A DNA stretch of 25,448 bases, taken from NCBI RefSeq assembly GCF_004365815.1, contig NZ_SODD01000038.1, positions 1-25,448 on the forward strand, read 5' to 3'. Shown here piece after piece: positions 7,770 to 15,776 of this stretch. The notes beneath the pieces were generated by a model. The model was not told the origin of the DNA, searched no databases, and saw only the letters and a program-made list of their open reading frames with translations. Position 1 is the first letter of the stretch. Every line of letters begins with the position of its first letter. The DNA comes from Breznakia blatticola. GTDB lineage: Bacteria; Bacillota_I; Bacilli_A; Erysipelotrichales; Erysipelotrichaceae. The position numbers and the translations under genes are program-made.

Positions 7770-8768
7770 AAACAGTCCATCATCATGATGTATTTTTAAG
7801 TGTTCATATGCTTTATTAGAGACCATTCGTCCTCGTGGTGTTCGGGTAATAAAACCAATTTGAAGTAAATATGGTTCATAGACATCTTCAAGCGTCGTTG
7901 GCTCTTCCCCAATACTACTTGCGATTGCCTCAAGTCCAACCGGACCACCTTTAAAACGCTCAATAATTCCGCGTAAGTACTTATGGTCAACATCATCCAA
8001 TCCCATATGATCAACTTTCAAACGATCCAAAGCCATAGTTGCAATTTCTAAAGAAATCACACCATCATTCATCACTTGAGCAAAGTCGCGCACTCGACGA
8101 AACAAACGATTCGCAATTCTTGGAGTTCCACGTGAGCGCATCGCAATTTCAGTTATTGCATCTTCATGAATTTGAGTTTCCATGACACGCGCAGTACGAC
8201 GCACAATTTTTTCTAACTCTTCTTGTTTATAGTATGCTAGTTGATTGACAATCCCAAATCGATCACGTAAAGGTGCACTTAAATCCCCTGCACGAGTGGT
8301 TGCTCCTACTAGTGTAAAAGGTGGTAAATCCAAACGAATACTACGTACACTACTGTCCTTACCAACAACGATATCTAAACAATAATCTTCCATTGCTGGA
8401 TACAAGATTTCTTCAACCACTTTACTTAGGCGATGAATTTCATCGATAAATAGTACATCACCAGGTTCTAGTTGCGAAAGAATAGCAGCAAGGTCTCCAC
8501 TTTTTTCGATGGTTGGTCCACTTGCAGTTTTGATATTTGTTCCCATCTCATTTGCTAGAATGTAAGACAATGTTGTCTTTCCAAGACCTGGAGGACCATA
8601 TAGCAAAACATGATCTAGTGCTTCATTTCTTTGCTTTGCAGCTTGAATAAAGATTTTTAGATTCTCTTTTAAATCATGCTGTCCAATATATTCATCAAGT
8701 GAGGATGGACGTAAACTACTATCATCATCACTATTCATGATATCACCACTAACAATTCTATCTTCCAT
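7767..8768 (-). CDS. ruvB: Holliday junction branch migration DNA helicase RuvB
   Basis: Walker [10 protein letters not shown], Walker [10 protein letters not shown], sensor and winged-helix C-terminus. It directly follows ruvA. Confidence 0.97.
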   Translation of the reverse strand: MEDRIVSGDIMNSDDDSSLRPSSLDEYIGQHDLKENLKIFIQAAKQRNEALDHVLLYGPPGLGKTTLSYILANEMGTNIKTASGPTIEKSGDLAAILSQLEPGDVLFIDEIHRLSKVVEEILYPAMEDYCLDIVVGKDSSVRSIRLDLPPFTLVGATTRAGDLSAPLRDRFGIVNQLAYYKQEELEKIVRRTARVMETQIHEDAITEIAMRSRGTPRIANRLFRRVRDFAQVMNDGVISLEIATMALDRLKVDHMGLDDVDHKYLRGIIERFKGGPVGLEAIASSIGEEPTTLEDVYEPYLLQIGFITRTPRGRMVSNKAYEHLKIHHDDGLF

Positions 8769-8771
8769 ACG

Positions 8772-9347
8772 TTATACTCCTTTTTGTTTTGCCATGATGC
8801 TAAGTGCTTCCTTAATATAAGCATCAACTGTTGTTGCACTTGATTTACGAAGTTCCTTCACTATCATATTCACTTCTTTTGGCTTATATCCTAAACTTTT
8901 TAGTGCATCAATCGCATCTAAGAGTTCATCATTGTCTTTAACATCATCATTTGCTTCTACAAGTTTTCCTTTTAGATCAAGAACGATTTGACTAGCTGCC
9001 TTGTTTCCAATACCTGGTAAGCTTTTTAAATACGCCATATTTCCAGATTCAATAGCTTCAACAATGGTAGAAATACCTCCAGCTGCTAATGCATTAATCG
9101 CAATTTTAGGACCAATTCCTTTCACGGAAATTAAACGTTCAAATAATTCTTGTTCCTCCAGTGAACAAAAACCAAATAGAATTTGCGCATCTTCACGGAT
9201 GTGCTCGTATGTATAGATTAGTACTTCTTGTTGAAGATTCAATGTTGTTGGATTTGGCATGAATATTTTATAACCTACCCCATTGCAATCCACAATTGCG
9301 TAATCACTTGTATATCGAAAAACCTTACCTCTAATAAATGCAATCAT
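8772..9347 (-). CDS. ruvA: Holliday junction DNA-binding protein RuvA
   Basis: MIAFIRGKV... with HhH motifs (LISVKGIGPKIA, LKSLPGIGNKAA) and a C-terminal domain III. Confidence 0.95.
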   Translation of the reverse strand: MIAFIRGKVFRYTSDYAIVDCNGVGYKIFMPNPTTLNLQQEVLIYTYEHIREDAQILFGFCSLEEQELFERLISVKGIGPKIAINALAAGGISTIVEAIESGNMAYLKSLPGIGNKAASQIVLDLKGKLVEANDDVKDNDELLDAIDALKSLGYKPKEVNMIVKELRKSSATTVDAYIKEALSIMAKQKGV

Positions 9348-9352
9348 ATCTG

Positions 9353-10009
9353 TTACCTTTCAAATTCTGTAAAATCACGAATAAAAATATCCGCCACTGC
9401 TTTAACTTCTTTATTTTGATGCACTGTCAGTATATCTTCTACAGCGCACGTTTGAAATCCTTCTTTTTTAGCCACTTGTAATGCGACTAGTAAATCTTCA
9501 AACACCATAGTTTTTTCAATGGGTACATCTAACTTTTTAGCACAAGCTAAAAAGACATCAGGAAACTCCTTGTTTTTTCCAACATCTTTACATGTTAATA
9601 AGAAATCAAAATATTTAAGTATTCCAAGGCGATCTAGCGCTAATAAAGCGTGTTCCTTTGTACATGAAGTTGCTATACACATCTTGATGTTGTGTGCTTC
9701 TAAATCCGCTAGAAATGCATGAACTCCTGGTTTGGTTGGAATTGTATCACGATACGCCTCCTCTGCCATTTCATTCCAGTCATCCATAATTTCTTCTTTT
9801 GTTTTCGGCAACTCAAATCGCTCTAAAAAATAATCCGCACTTTCATTAAATGTCATACTTTTGATATCTTCACTAATTTGATCATCAAATGGAATATTAA
9901 ATCTTGCAAGATACTCCTTATCAATATCTTGCCATAATCCCATGGAATCCAATAAGGTTCCATCTAAATCAAAAATACATGCACTTGTTTTATGATATGG
10001 AAACTTCAT
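9353..10009 (-). CDS. HAD-IA family hydrolase/phosphatase (beta-phosphoglucomutase-like)
   Basis: Motif I is IFDLDGTLLDS, followed by a cap-domain helix region, ATS (motif II) and a C-terminal (V)FEDxxxxxxxAKxxG motif. Its ATG overlaps the xth TAA by 1 nt (TAATG). Confidence 0.85.
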   Translation of the reverse strand: MKFPYHKTSACIFDLDGTLLDSMGLWQDIDKEYLARFNIPFDDQISEDIKSMTFNESADYFLERFELPKTKEEIMDDWNEMAEEAYRDTIPTKPGVHAFLADLEAHNIKMCIATSCTKEHALLALDRLGILKYFDFLLTCKDVGKNKEFPDVFLACAKKLDVPIEKTMVFEDLLVALQVAKKEGFQTCAVEDILTVHQNKEVKAVADIFIRDFTEFER

Positions 10010-10770
10010 TAGTTTGCCTTAATATCCAAAGTTACTGGACAGTGGTCACTACCATATACGTCACTAAGGATACTTGCTCCTACAAGTTTATCTTTTAATT
10101 TCTCAGATACAAGAAAATAGTCAATGCGCCATCCTGCATTATTTGCACGTGCATTAAAACGATATGACCACCATGAATATGCCCCTTCTAGATCTGGATA
10201 GAAATAACGGAAGGAATCAATCAATTTTCCATCTTCTAAGATATGCGTAAATGAGTTTCTTTCTTCATCAGTAAAACCAGCATTTTTACGATTGGTTTTT
10301 GGATTTTTCAAATCAATCTCCGTATGCGCAACATTTAAATCACCACAAATGATGACTGGTTTACTTTTCTCTAATTCCTTAACATATGCAAGAAACGCTT
10401 TATCCCATTGCATACGATATTCCAAACGTTTTAATCCTTCACCTGAATTCGGTGTATATACATTAATTAGATAGAACTCATTGAACTCACAAGTGATTAC
10501 ACGACCTTCATTATCGTGTTCCTTGTCACCAATCCCATACGTTACACTCAGTGGTTTAGTTTTGGTAAAAGTGATGGTTCCTGAATATCCTTTCTTTTCT
10601 GCACTATTAAAATACTGATAGTATCCATCTGTAAGTATTTCAGCTTGACCTTCTTGCATCTTACTTTCTTGAATACATAATACATCTGGGCTACTTTCTT
10701 CAAAGAATTCATAAAACCCTTTATTCATTGCGGCACGAATACCGTTTACATTCCATGAAATTAACTTCAT
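10009..10770 (-). CDS. xth: Exodeoxyribonuclease III (AP endonuclease, Xth/ExoA family)
   Basis: [14 protein letters not shown]..., [23 protein letters not shown] and SDHCPV are hallmark EEP/ExoIII motifs. Confidence 0.95.
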   Translation of the reverse strand: MKLISWNVNGIRAAMNKGFYEFFEESSPDVLCIQESKMQEGQAEILTDGYYQYFNSAEKKGYSGTITFTKTKPLSVTYGIGDKEHDNEGRVITCEFNEFYLINVYTPNSGEGLKRLEYRMQWDKAFLAYVKELEKSKPVIICGDLNVAHTEIDLKNPKTNRKNAGFTDEERNSFTHILEDGKLIDSFRYFYPDLEGAYSWWSYRFNARANNAGWRIDYFLVSEKLKDKLVGASILSDVYGSDHCPVTLDIKAN

Positions 10771-10804
10771 AATACACTTCCTTTGCTTCTATTTACTGTC
10801 TTCA

Positions 10805-10833
10805 ATTATACAAGAAAAGCCATTGTTTATCCA
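10805..10833 (-). promoter_or_regulatory. Candidate promoter of the xth-HAD-ruvAB unit
   Basis: Minus strand reads TGGATA (10828-10833), a 17-nt spacer, then TATAAT (10805-10810), about 35 nt upstream of the xth ATG. RBS is AAGGAAG. Confidence 0.45.
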
Positions 10834-10901
10834 CTTTTTCAACCATTGTGAAAAATCTTATGGGAAAAGCGAAAGTTTTTGTGTTTTTTTGCTAAAGAAA
10901 T

Positions 10902-10910
10902 TGTTAAAAT
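10902..10910 (+). promoter_or_regulatory. Candidate extended -10 promoter of the Na/Pi cotransporter gene
   Basis: Plus strand reads TGtTAAAAT, about 32 nt upstream of the ATG at 10942. The -35 is weak. Confidence 0.4.
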
Positions 10911-10941
10911 AAGAATAGTCATATTTCGTGGGAGGACTACT

Positions 10942-12624
10942 ATGCTACATTTAGCTACAAGCACACCAACGGTTCAATGGGACTATATCCTTGGAGGATT
11001 TGCCCTATTCCTATTTGGAATCGAGTACATGGGTGCTGGTTTAAAAAGCATTGCTGGTGACAAGCTACGTGATTACATTGATCGATATACATCCAAACCT
11101 TGGAAAGGTATTATCATCGGTGCAATCATTACGACTGTCATTCAATCCAGTAGTGCCACAACTGCTATTACCATTGGATTTGTAAGAGCAGGACTTATGA
11201 AATTAGAACAAGCTGTCGGTATCATTATGGGTGCCAACATCGGAACAACGATTACTGCTTTTCTAATTGGACTTAAAGTTGAAAAGATGTCTCTCATATT
11301 CGTGTTTGTTGGGGTACTGATTACATTATTCTCAAAACGAAAGAAACACATTTATGCAGGACAGATATGCCTTGGATTCGGTTTACTTTTCTTTGGACTT
11401 CGTCTAATGGGTGATGAACTATCACTATTAGGTGAATTCGAGCAATTCCATGCATTTGCTACACAAATGGCAAAACAGCCATATCTTGGTATGATTGCAG
11501 GTACGATTTTAACTGCCGTCGTGCAATCAAGTAGTGCTGTTATTGGGATTGTCCAAAAACTTTATGAATCAGGTGCAATTGAATTAACAGCTGCCTTGCC
11601 ATTCGTATTTGGAAGTAATATCGGAACAACGATTACTGCCGTTTTTGCCTCAATTGGGGGAAGCGTGCCAGCTAAACGAACCGCCGGAATTCATGTTATG
11701 TTCAACGTCTTTGGTACACTTTTGTTTATGATATTCTTAAACCCAGTTACGGGATTAATTAAAAATATCGCAGAAGCACTGGATTTAGCACCAATGATGC
11801 AAATTGCCGTTGCACATATTATCTTTAACTTAACCGTTACGATACTTGCCTATCCATTTATTAAGCAAATGGTGTACATTGTAAAACGCGTGATTCGTGG
11901 AAGTGATGAAAAAGAAATCGAAATTGACACATCTGGACTTGATCCATTATTAATTCAAACACTTCCTGCTGCAGCAATTAACTCTGCACGTAACGCAACT
12001 TTAAAAATGGGTGATTTAGTACAAGAAAAACTAAAAGAAAGTTTAGCGTTCTTCAATACAAAATCAGGAAAACATCGTGAAGGAACACAGCAATATGAAG
12101 ATGCTGTAAACACATTGGATTCAAAAATTACAGAATACTTAATTCAAATATCACATGAAGAATTAGCACAAGATGATACAGATGCATTAATTGCTAACTT
12201 GCAAGTCATTAAAAACATCGAACGTATTGGAGATATTACAATGAATCTAATTGGATTCTATGACCTTGTTTATGATGAAAAACAAGATTTCTCAGATCAT
12301 GCGAAAGAAGATATTAATGCTATGAGTAATGTCGTAATTGAAATGATTGAATTGACTATGCAATATTACTTTGAACCTGATGAAAGTATTGCACAACAGA
12401 TTCAAGATAAAGAAAATTATTTAGATATGCTTGAAGAAAAAGGACGTAAACGTCACTTCAAACGTATGTCATCTAATGAATGTAGACAGGATTTAGCTGC
12501 AAGTATTTTTGTGGATATCTTAAGTAACTTGGAACGTATGGGTGACCATACATACAACATCATCAAAATGTTGAAAGATCCAACTCCACAACATGAGCCG
12601 ATAATTCCAGTTGTCGAAAAATAA
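10942..12624 (+). CDS. Na+/phosphate cotransporter family protein with C-terminal PhoU-like domains
   Basis: Duplicated Na_Pi_cotrans repeats (QSSSATTAITIGF / QSSSAVIGIVQKL, GANIGTTIT / GSNIGTTIT) and a C-terminal PhoU-like region with ERIGD / ERMGDH motifs. GGGAGGA RBS precedes the ATG at 10942. The ORF-track start at 10879 is a non-ATG (TTG) extension. Confidence 0.92.
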   Translation: MLHLATSTPTVQWDYILGGFALFLFGIEYMGAGLKSIAGDKLRDYIDRYTSKPWKGIIIGAIITTVIQSSSATTAITIGFVRAGLMKLEQAVGIIMGANIGTTITAFLIGLKVEKMSLIFVFVGVLITLFSKRKKHIYAGQICLGFGLLFFGLRLMGDELSLLGEFEQFHAFATQMAKQPYLGMIAGTILTAVVQSSSAVIGIVQKLYESGAIELTAALPFVFGSNIGTTITAVFASIGGSVPAKRTAGIHVMFNVFGTLLFMIFLNPVTGLIKNIAEALDLAPMMQIAVAHIIFNLTVTILAYPFIKQMVYIVKRVIRGSDEKEIEIDTSGLDPLLIQTLPAAAINSARNATLKMGDLVQEKLKESLAFFNTKSGKHREGTQQYEDAVNTLDSKITEYLIQISHEELAQDDTDALIANLQVIKNIERIGDITMNLIGFYDLVYDEKQDFSDHAKEDINAMSNVVIEMIELTMQYYFEPDESIAQQIQDKENYLDMLEEKGRKRHFKRMSSNECRQDLAASIFVDILSNLERMGDHTYNIIKMLKDPTPQHEPIIPVVEK

Positions 12625-12628
12625 GCAA

Positions 12629-12656
12629 AGATAGCCCTTGTGGCTGTCTTTTTTTC
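12629..12656 (+). terminator. Rho-independent terminator after the Na/Pi cotransporter gene
   Basis: AGAUAGCC-cuugu-GGCUGUCU hairpin (one G.U pair) followed by a T-run, starting 5 nt after the TAA. Confidence 0.7.
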
Positions 12657-12666
12657 TATATATACT
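12638..12666 (+). promoter_or_regulatory. Candidate promoter of the downstream GNAT gene, overlapping the terminator
   Basis: TTGTGG (12638-12643), a 17-nt spacer, then TATACT (12661-12666). GGAGG RBS is at 12678-12682. Confidence 0.4.
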
Positions 12667-12688
12667 ATCTATATATTGGAGGTTTTTT

Positions 12689-13123
12689 ATGTTACGAAAT
12701 ATCAAGATAAGCGATGCAAAACGTATTGTGGCAATTAATTCTCTCGCTCTAGGTTATGATGCCTCGTTAACACTCACACAAAATGCTATTAATACTGTAC
12801 TTACCGATACAAAACATCATATTTTAATCGTATATACGGATAATCTAACGGATACATGTTTAGGCTATGTACATGCTGAAGTATATACAACACTTTATTC
12901 AGAAACCATGTTAAATGTACTTGCAATAGCAGTTGATCCATCATCTCAACACAAAGGGATTGGTAGTTGTCTACTACACGCATTAGAAGCAAAAGCAACT
13001 GCAATGGATATTCATCGTATTCGACTGGTTTCTAGTGAATTTAGAAAAGCAGCACATGCATTTTATGAAGCAAATGGCTATCACTCTGATAAAATGCAAA
13101 AAAACTATCAAAAAAGTTTGTAA
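12689..13123 (+). CDS. GNAT family N-acetyltransferase
   Basis: 144 aa starting MLRNIKISDAKRIV..., with the acetyl-CoA motif QHKGIGSCLLHALEAKA and a C-terminal FYEANGY. GGAGG RBS is present. The ORF-track start at 12638 lies inside the terminator. Confidence 0.82.
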   Translation: MLRNIKISDAKRIVAINSLALGYDASLTLTQNAINTVLTDTKHHILIVYTDNLTDTCLGYVHAEVYTTLYSETMLNVLAIAVDPSSQHKGIGSCLLHALEAKATAMDIHRIRLVSSEFRKAAHAFYEANGYHSDKMQKNYQKSL

Positions 13124-13129
13124 TAGCAT

Positions 13130-13159
13130 AAAAAAAGTCCATTCATTTGGACTTTTTTA
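13130..13159. terminator. Bidirectional terminator shared by the convergent GNAT (+) and greA (-) genes
   Basis: AAAAAAGTCC-attcattt-GGACTTTTTT is a symmetric A-run/stem/T-run that fills the 37-nt convergent gap. Confidence 0.75.
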
Positions 13160-13160
13160 A

Positions 13161-13637
13161 TTATGATAAACTAAGAATTTTTACTTTGTATGGATTTTCA
13201 ACATTTGTTACTGTAACTGTTGCCCCTACCTTACTATCTAATAATGCAGCAGCAAGTGGTGTAACATTCGATAATTTTCCACTAAATGGATCAGCTTCTA
13301 CAGAACCTACAATTGTGTATGTTTCTTCTGTATTTGAATCCAAATCCAAAATCGTAACTGTTGAACCTAAAGAAACTGTCTTTTTCTTTGTTTTTGTATC
13401 ATCGATAATTTCGATGTTTGCAAGCATTCCTTCAAGTTCAGTAATACGAGCTTCTACTCTTGCTTGGTGATCACGTGCAGCATCATAATCCGCATTTTCA
13501 CTTAAATCCCCTTGGGCACGAGCTTCTTGAAGTTCTTGAATTACGATATTACGTTCTTCATGCACCAAATGGTGTAATTCATCTTTTAATTGTTCATAAC
13601 CGGTTTGGGTTACTAATACTTTTTCTTGATTTTCCAA
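13161..13637 (-). CDS. greA: Transcription elongation factor GreA
   Basis: Coiled-coil N-terminal domain with ...AQGDLSENADYDAARDHQARVEARITELE... and a C-terminal FKBP-like domain. I place the start at the TTG at 13637, 8 nt after AAGGAG. The ORF-track GTG at 13646 overlaps the SD itself. Confidence 0.9.
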   Translation of the reverse strand: MENQEKVLVTQTGYEQLKDELHHLVHEERNIVIQELQEARAQGDLSENADYDAARDHQARVEARITELEGMLANIEIIDDTKTKKKTVSLGSTVTILDLDSNTEETYTIVGSVEADPFSGKLSNVTPLAAALLDSKVGATVTVTNVENPYKVKILSLS

Positions 13638-13674
13638 GTTCGTCACTCCTTTAGTTTTTCTATTTCGCTTTGGT

Positions 13675-13683
13675 ATTATACCA
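13675..13683 (-). promoter_or_regulatory. Candidate extended -10 promoter of greA
   Basis: Minus strand reads TGgTATAAT, about 38 nt upstream of the greA start. Confidence 0.5.
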
Positions 13684-13706
13684 TGTTTTTTATAAAGATT
13701 CTATGT

Positions 13707-14759
13707 TTAATAGTCCAAATACTTTTCGACGTTTGCTAGATGTTCTTCATATGTTTTTGCATAATATACTTTTCCATCCCCTTGTACATCAGCAATAAAA
13801 TAATAATACTCATGACTTGCAGGATGTAATGTAGCTTCTAATGCTTCTTTTCCTGGATTTAAAATTGGTCCAATTGGCAATCCTTCATACAAATATGTAT
13901 TGTAAGGCGATTCCACTGTGTACTGTTTTTCGCAATCTAACCAGCTGTCAAATTCATAAAGTGAATAACATACAGTTACACTTGATTCTAGTTTTTGACC
14001 AATGTTTAAACGATTGTAAAATACACCTGCTACATTTTCCATATCTTCTTTTGTCGAAGATTCAAATTGCACAACACTTGCAAGTGTCACAATCTCGTGA
14101 ATACTTAAATCACTAGCTTCAACATCTGCTTTGATTTTTTGGTATTCCACATCGAATTGATTTAAAAATGTATATGTTATATCTTCTAAACTTGCTTCTT
14201 TATTGAAATAATACGTTTCTGGAAAAAGGTATCCTTCAAGTTTTACGCGATATGATTCATTAAAGATATCATCGGTTAAAAACTCGTAATGTTTCATCGC
14301 TTCTTTTAAGAATTCATCATTATTCCACAATGCTAATAAATCTTCAGCATTTATGCCTAGTTTCTTCTCTAATTCAGCTGCAATGTCTTTTGCCCATATT
14401 CCTTCTCTAAACGTGATAAGGACTTCATCATTTTTTATATTTTCAGATTTTGTTAGATAATCTAAAATCTTTGGCGTACTCCAACTTTTATCGATTACAT
14501 ACAGTCCAACAGCAAATGAATCATATCCGTTTAATCTTGCAGATATCTTCGCAAAACTTTCGTTTTTTATGATGCCATCATTTGCTAGTCGATCAATAAT
14601 TGAACTTTGGTTATCACCATCAACGATTTGGAAGCGAACTTCTTCACTTTTACTACTCACTGGTTCAAGATTGATTTTATACATGGCAAAAGTTGCAATA
14701 CAGCAAACGATGATAACTGCAACTACACTGACAATAATTAACTTTACTTTCTTAGACAC
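13707..14759 (-). CDS. mltG: Endolytic murein transglycosylase MltG (YceG-like)
   Basis: N-terminal TM anchor (KLIIVSVVAVIIVCCIATFAMY) and a YceG domain with ...ASVVQFES..., FYNRL and NTYLYEGLPIGPILNPG. GTG start at 14759 follows GGAGGA. It overlaps the upstream gene by 8 nt. Confidence 0.92.
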   Translation of the reverse strand: MSKKVKLIIVSVVAVIIVCCIATFAMYKINLEPVSSKSEEVRFQIVDGDNQSSIIDRLANDGIIKNESFAKISARLNGYDSFAVGLYVIDKSWSTPKILDYLTKSENIKNDEVLITFREGIWAKDIAAELEKKLGINAEDLLALWNNDEFLKEAMKHYEFLTDDIFNESYRVKLEGYLFPETYYFNKEASLEDITYTFLNQFDVEYQKIKADVEASDLSIHEIVTLASVVQFESSTKEDMENVAGVFYNRLNIGQKLESSVTVCYSLYEFDSWLDCEKQYTVESPYNTYLYEGLPIGPILNPGKEALEATLHPASHEYYYFIADVQGDGKVYYAKTYEEHLANVEKYLDY

Positions 14760-14997
14760 CTTCTGTGTCCTCCGTGAAGGCTAAAATGACTTCTTCAATC
14801 ATTTCCCACTCTTCATCTGTTTCAACTGGTAGTAAACTTCCTTCTTCGTCGTATACTGAAGCGAAAAGTTCATCATCTACAGGTTGCATATCTTGAAAAA
14901 CGACATACTTTTTATCACCGTTTTCAAATGTGAATAATATGCGCATTTCCTTTTCGTTTCCATTTTCATCTTGGATAAACATTGTATTTGATTCCAT
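14752..14997 (-). CDS. DUF1292 family protein (YrzB-like)
   Basis: 81 aa, acidic, with the pattern ...DENGNEKEMRILFTFENGDKKYVVF...EEWEMIEEVI... typical of DUF1292. GAGGAGAG RBS is present. It occupies the conserved slot between ruvX and mltG. Confidence 0.85.
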   Translation of the reverse strand: MESNTMFIQDENGNEKEMRILFTFENGDKKYVVFQDMQPVDDELFASVYDEEGSLLPVETDEEWEMIEEVILAFTEDTEGV

Positions 14998-15011
14998 CTT
15001 AGCTCTCCTCT

Positions 15012-15035
15012 AACAAAACAAGGGCTTCCGCCCTA
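15012..15035 (-). terminator. Small GC hairpin with U-rich tail after ruvX (weak terminator or RNA stabiliser)
   Basis: Minus strand reads AGGGC-GGAA-GCCCU followed by UGUUUUGUU. It overlaps the ruvX TAG. Confidence 0.3.
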
Positions 15036-15449
15036 GTTTTTACTATTCAAATAGTCTTGCAAAATCGTTACCGCTGCAAGTTGGTCAATGACCTTTTTAC
15101 GTTTCTTACGTGAAACATCTGCATGAATTAAGGTACGTTCAGCAGAAACAGTCGTTAGGCGTTCATCCCATAGGACAACATTCATACCATTATCTTCTAA
15201 ACGTTCTTTGAAATCCATCGATATCTCACCACGTATTCCAACATCACCATTCATATGCTTAGGTAACCCTAAGACAATCGTCTTGATTGACATTTCTTTA
15301 GCGATTGCTAACACTTGGTTTAAGCAATCATCATAATCACCATCAGCAAAACGAATCGTCTTCACTGCTGAGGCGATAATTCCCATAAAATCACTAACTG
15401 CAACCCCACAGGTTACACTTCCTAAATCGAGTCCTAGTATTTTCTCCAT
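15033..15449 (-). CDS. ruvX: Putative pre-16S rRNA nuclease / Holliday junction resolvase-like protein RuvX (YqgF family)
   Basis: MEKILGLDLGSVTCGVAVSD...VVLWDERLTTVSAER...KKRKKVIDQLAAVTILQDYL aligns with B. subtilis YrrK. I start at the ATG at 15449, 1 nt after the ireB TAG. The ORF-track GTG at 15473 is an extension. Confidence 0.9.
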   Translation of the reverse strand: MEKILGLDLGSVTCGVAVSDFMGIIASAVKTIRFADGDYDDCLNQVLAIAKEMSIKTIVLGLPKHMNGDVGIRGEISMDFKERLEDNGMNVVLWDERLTTVSAERTLIHADVSRKKRKKVIDQLAAVTILQDYLNSKN

Positions 15450-15450
15450 A

Positions 15451-15717
15451 CTATTCTTCATTCTTAATTGCACTTAAGTAAAAACGTACAAGTTCCTCAA
15501 TGATTTCATAGCGGTCAGCACCTTGAATAATCGTACGTGCATTCTTGTGTGAAGAAATATACGCTGGATCATTTGAGATTAAATAACCAGAGATTTGGTT
15601 AACCGAATTATAACCACGCTCTTCTAATGCTTCTTGAACCAAACGTAATGCATGTTTGATGTTATCTTTTTTAAAATCATCAGAAGTAAATGCCATTGTT
15701 TGTGTTGTATCTTTCAT
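15451..15717 (-). CDS. ireB: IreB family regulatory phosphoprotein (UPF0297, YrzL-like)
   Basis: 88 aa containing ...ERGYNSVNQISGYLISNDPAYISSHKNARTIIQ...ELVRFYL. AAGGGGG RBS is present. Confidence 0.88.
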   Translation of the reverse strand: MKDTTQTMAFTSDDFKKDNIKHALRLVQEALEERGYNSVNQISGYLISNDPAYISSHKNARTIIQGADRYEIIEELVRFYLSAIKNEE

Positions 15718-15776
15718 ATTAATACCCCCTTATTCGGATAAGTACATTTTACAATATTTATGGACACTTGGAAAGT

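Noticed and set aside
7796-8014. 72-aa out-of-frame ORF nested in ruvB
   Set aside because: It is embedded in a strongly conserved gene, has no RBS, and its translation has no recognisable features.
13147-13470. 107-aa plus-strand ORF antisense to greA, and 13460-13654
   Set aside because: It starts inside the bidirectional terminator and has no RBS. It is a low-complexity S/V/T/F-rich mirror of the greA frame.
15718-15776. Possible internal promoter between alaS and ireB (TTCCAA, 16-nt spacer, TAAAAT)
   Set aside because: The -35 is weak, the spacing is suboptimal, and no terminator follows alaS. Co-transcription from the T-box-controlled promoter is the simpler reading.
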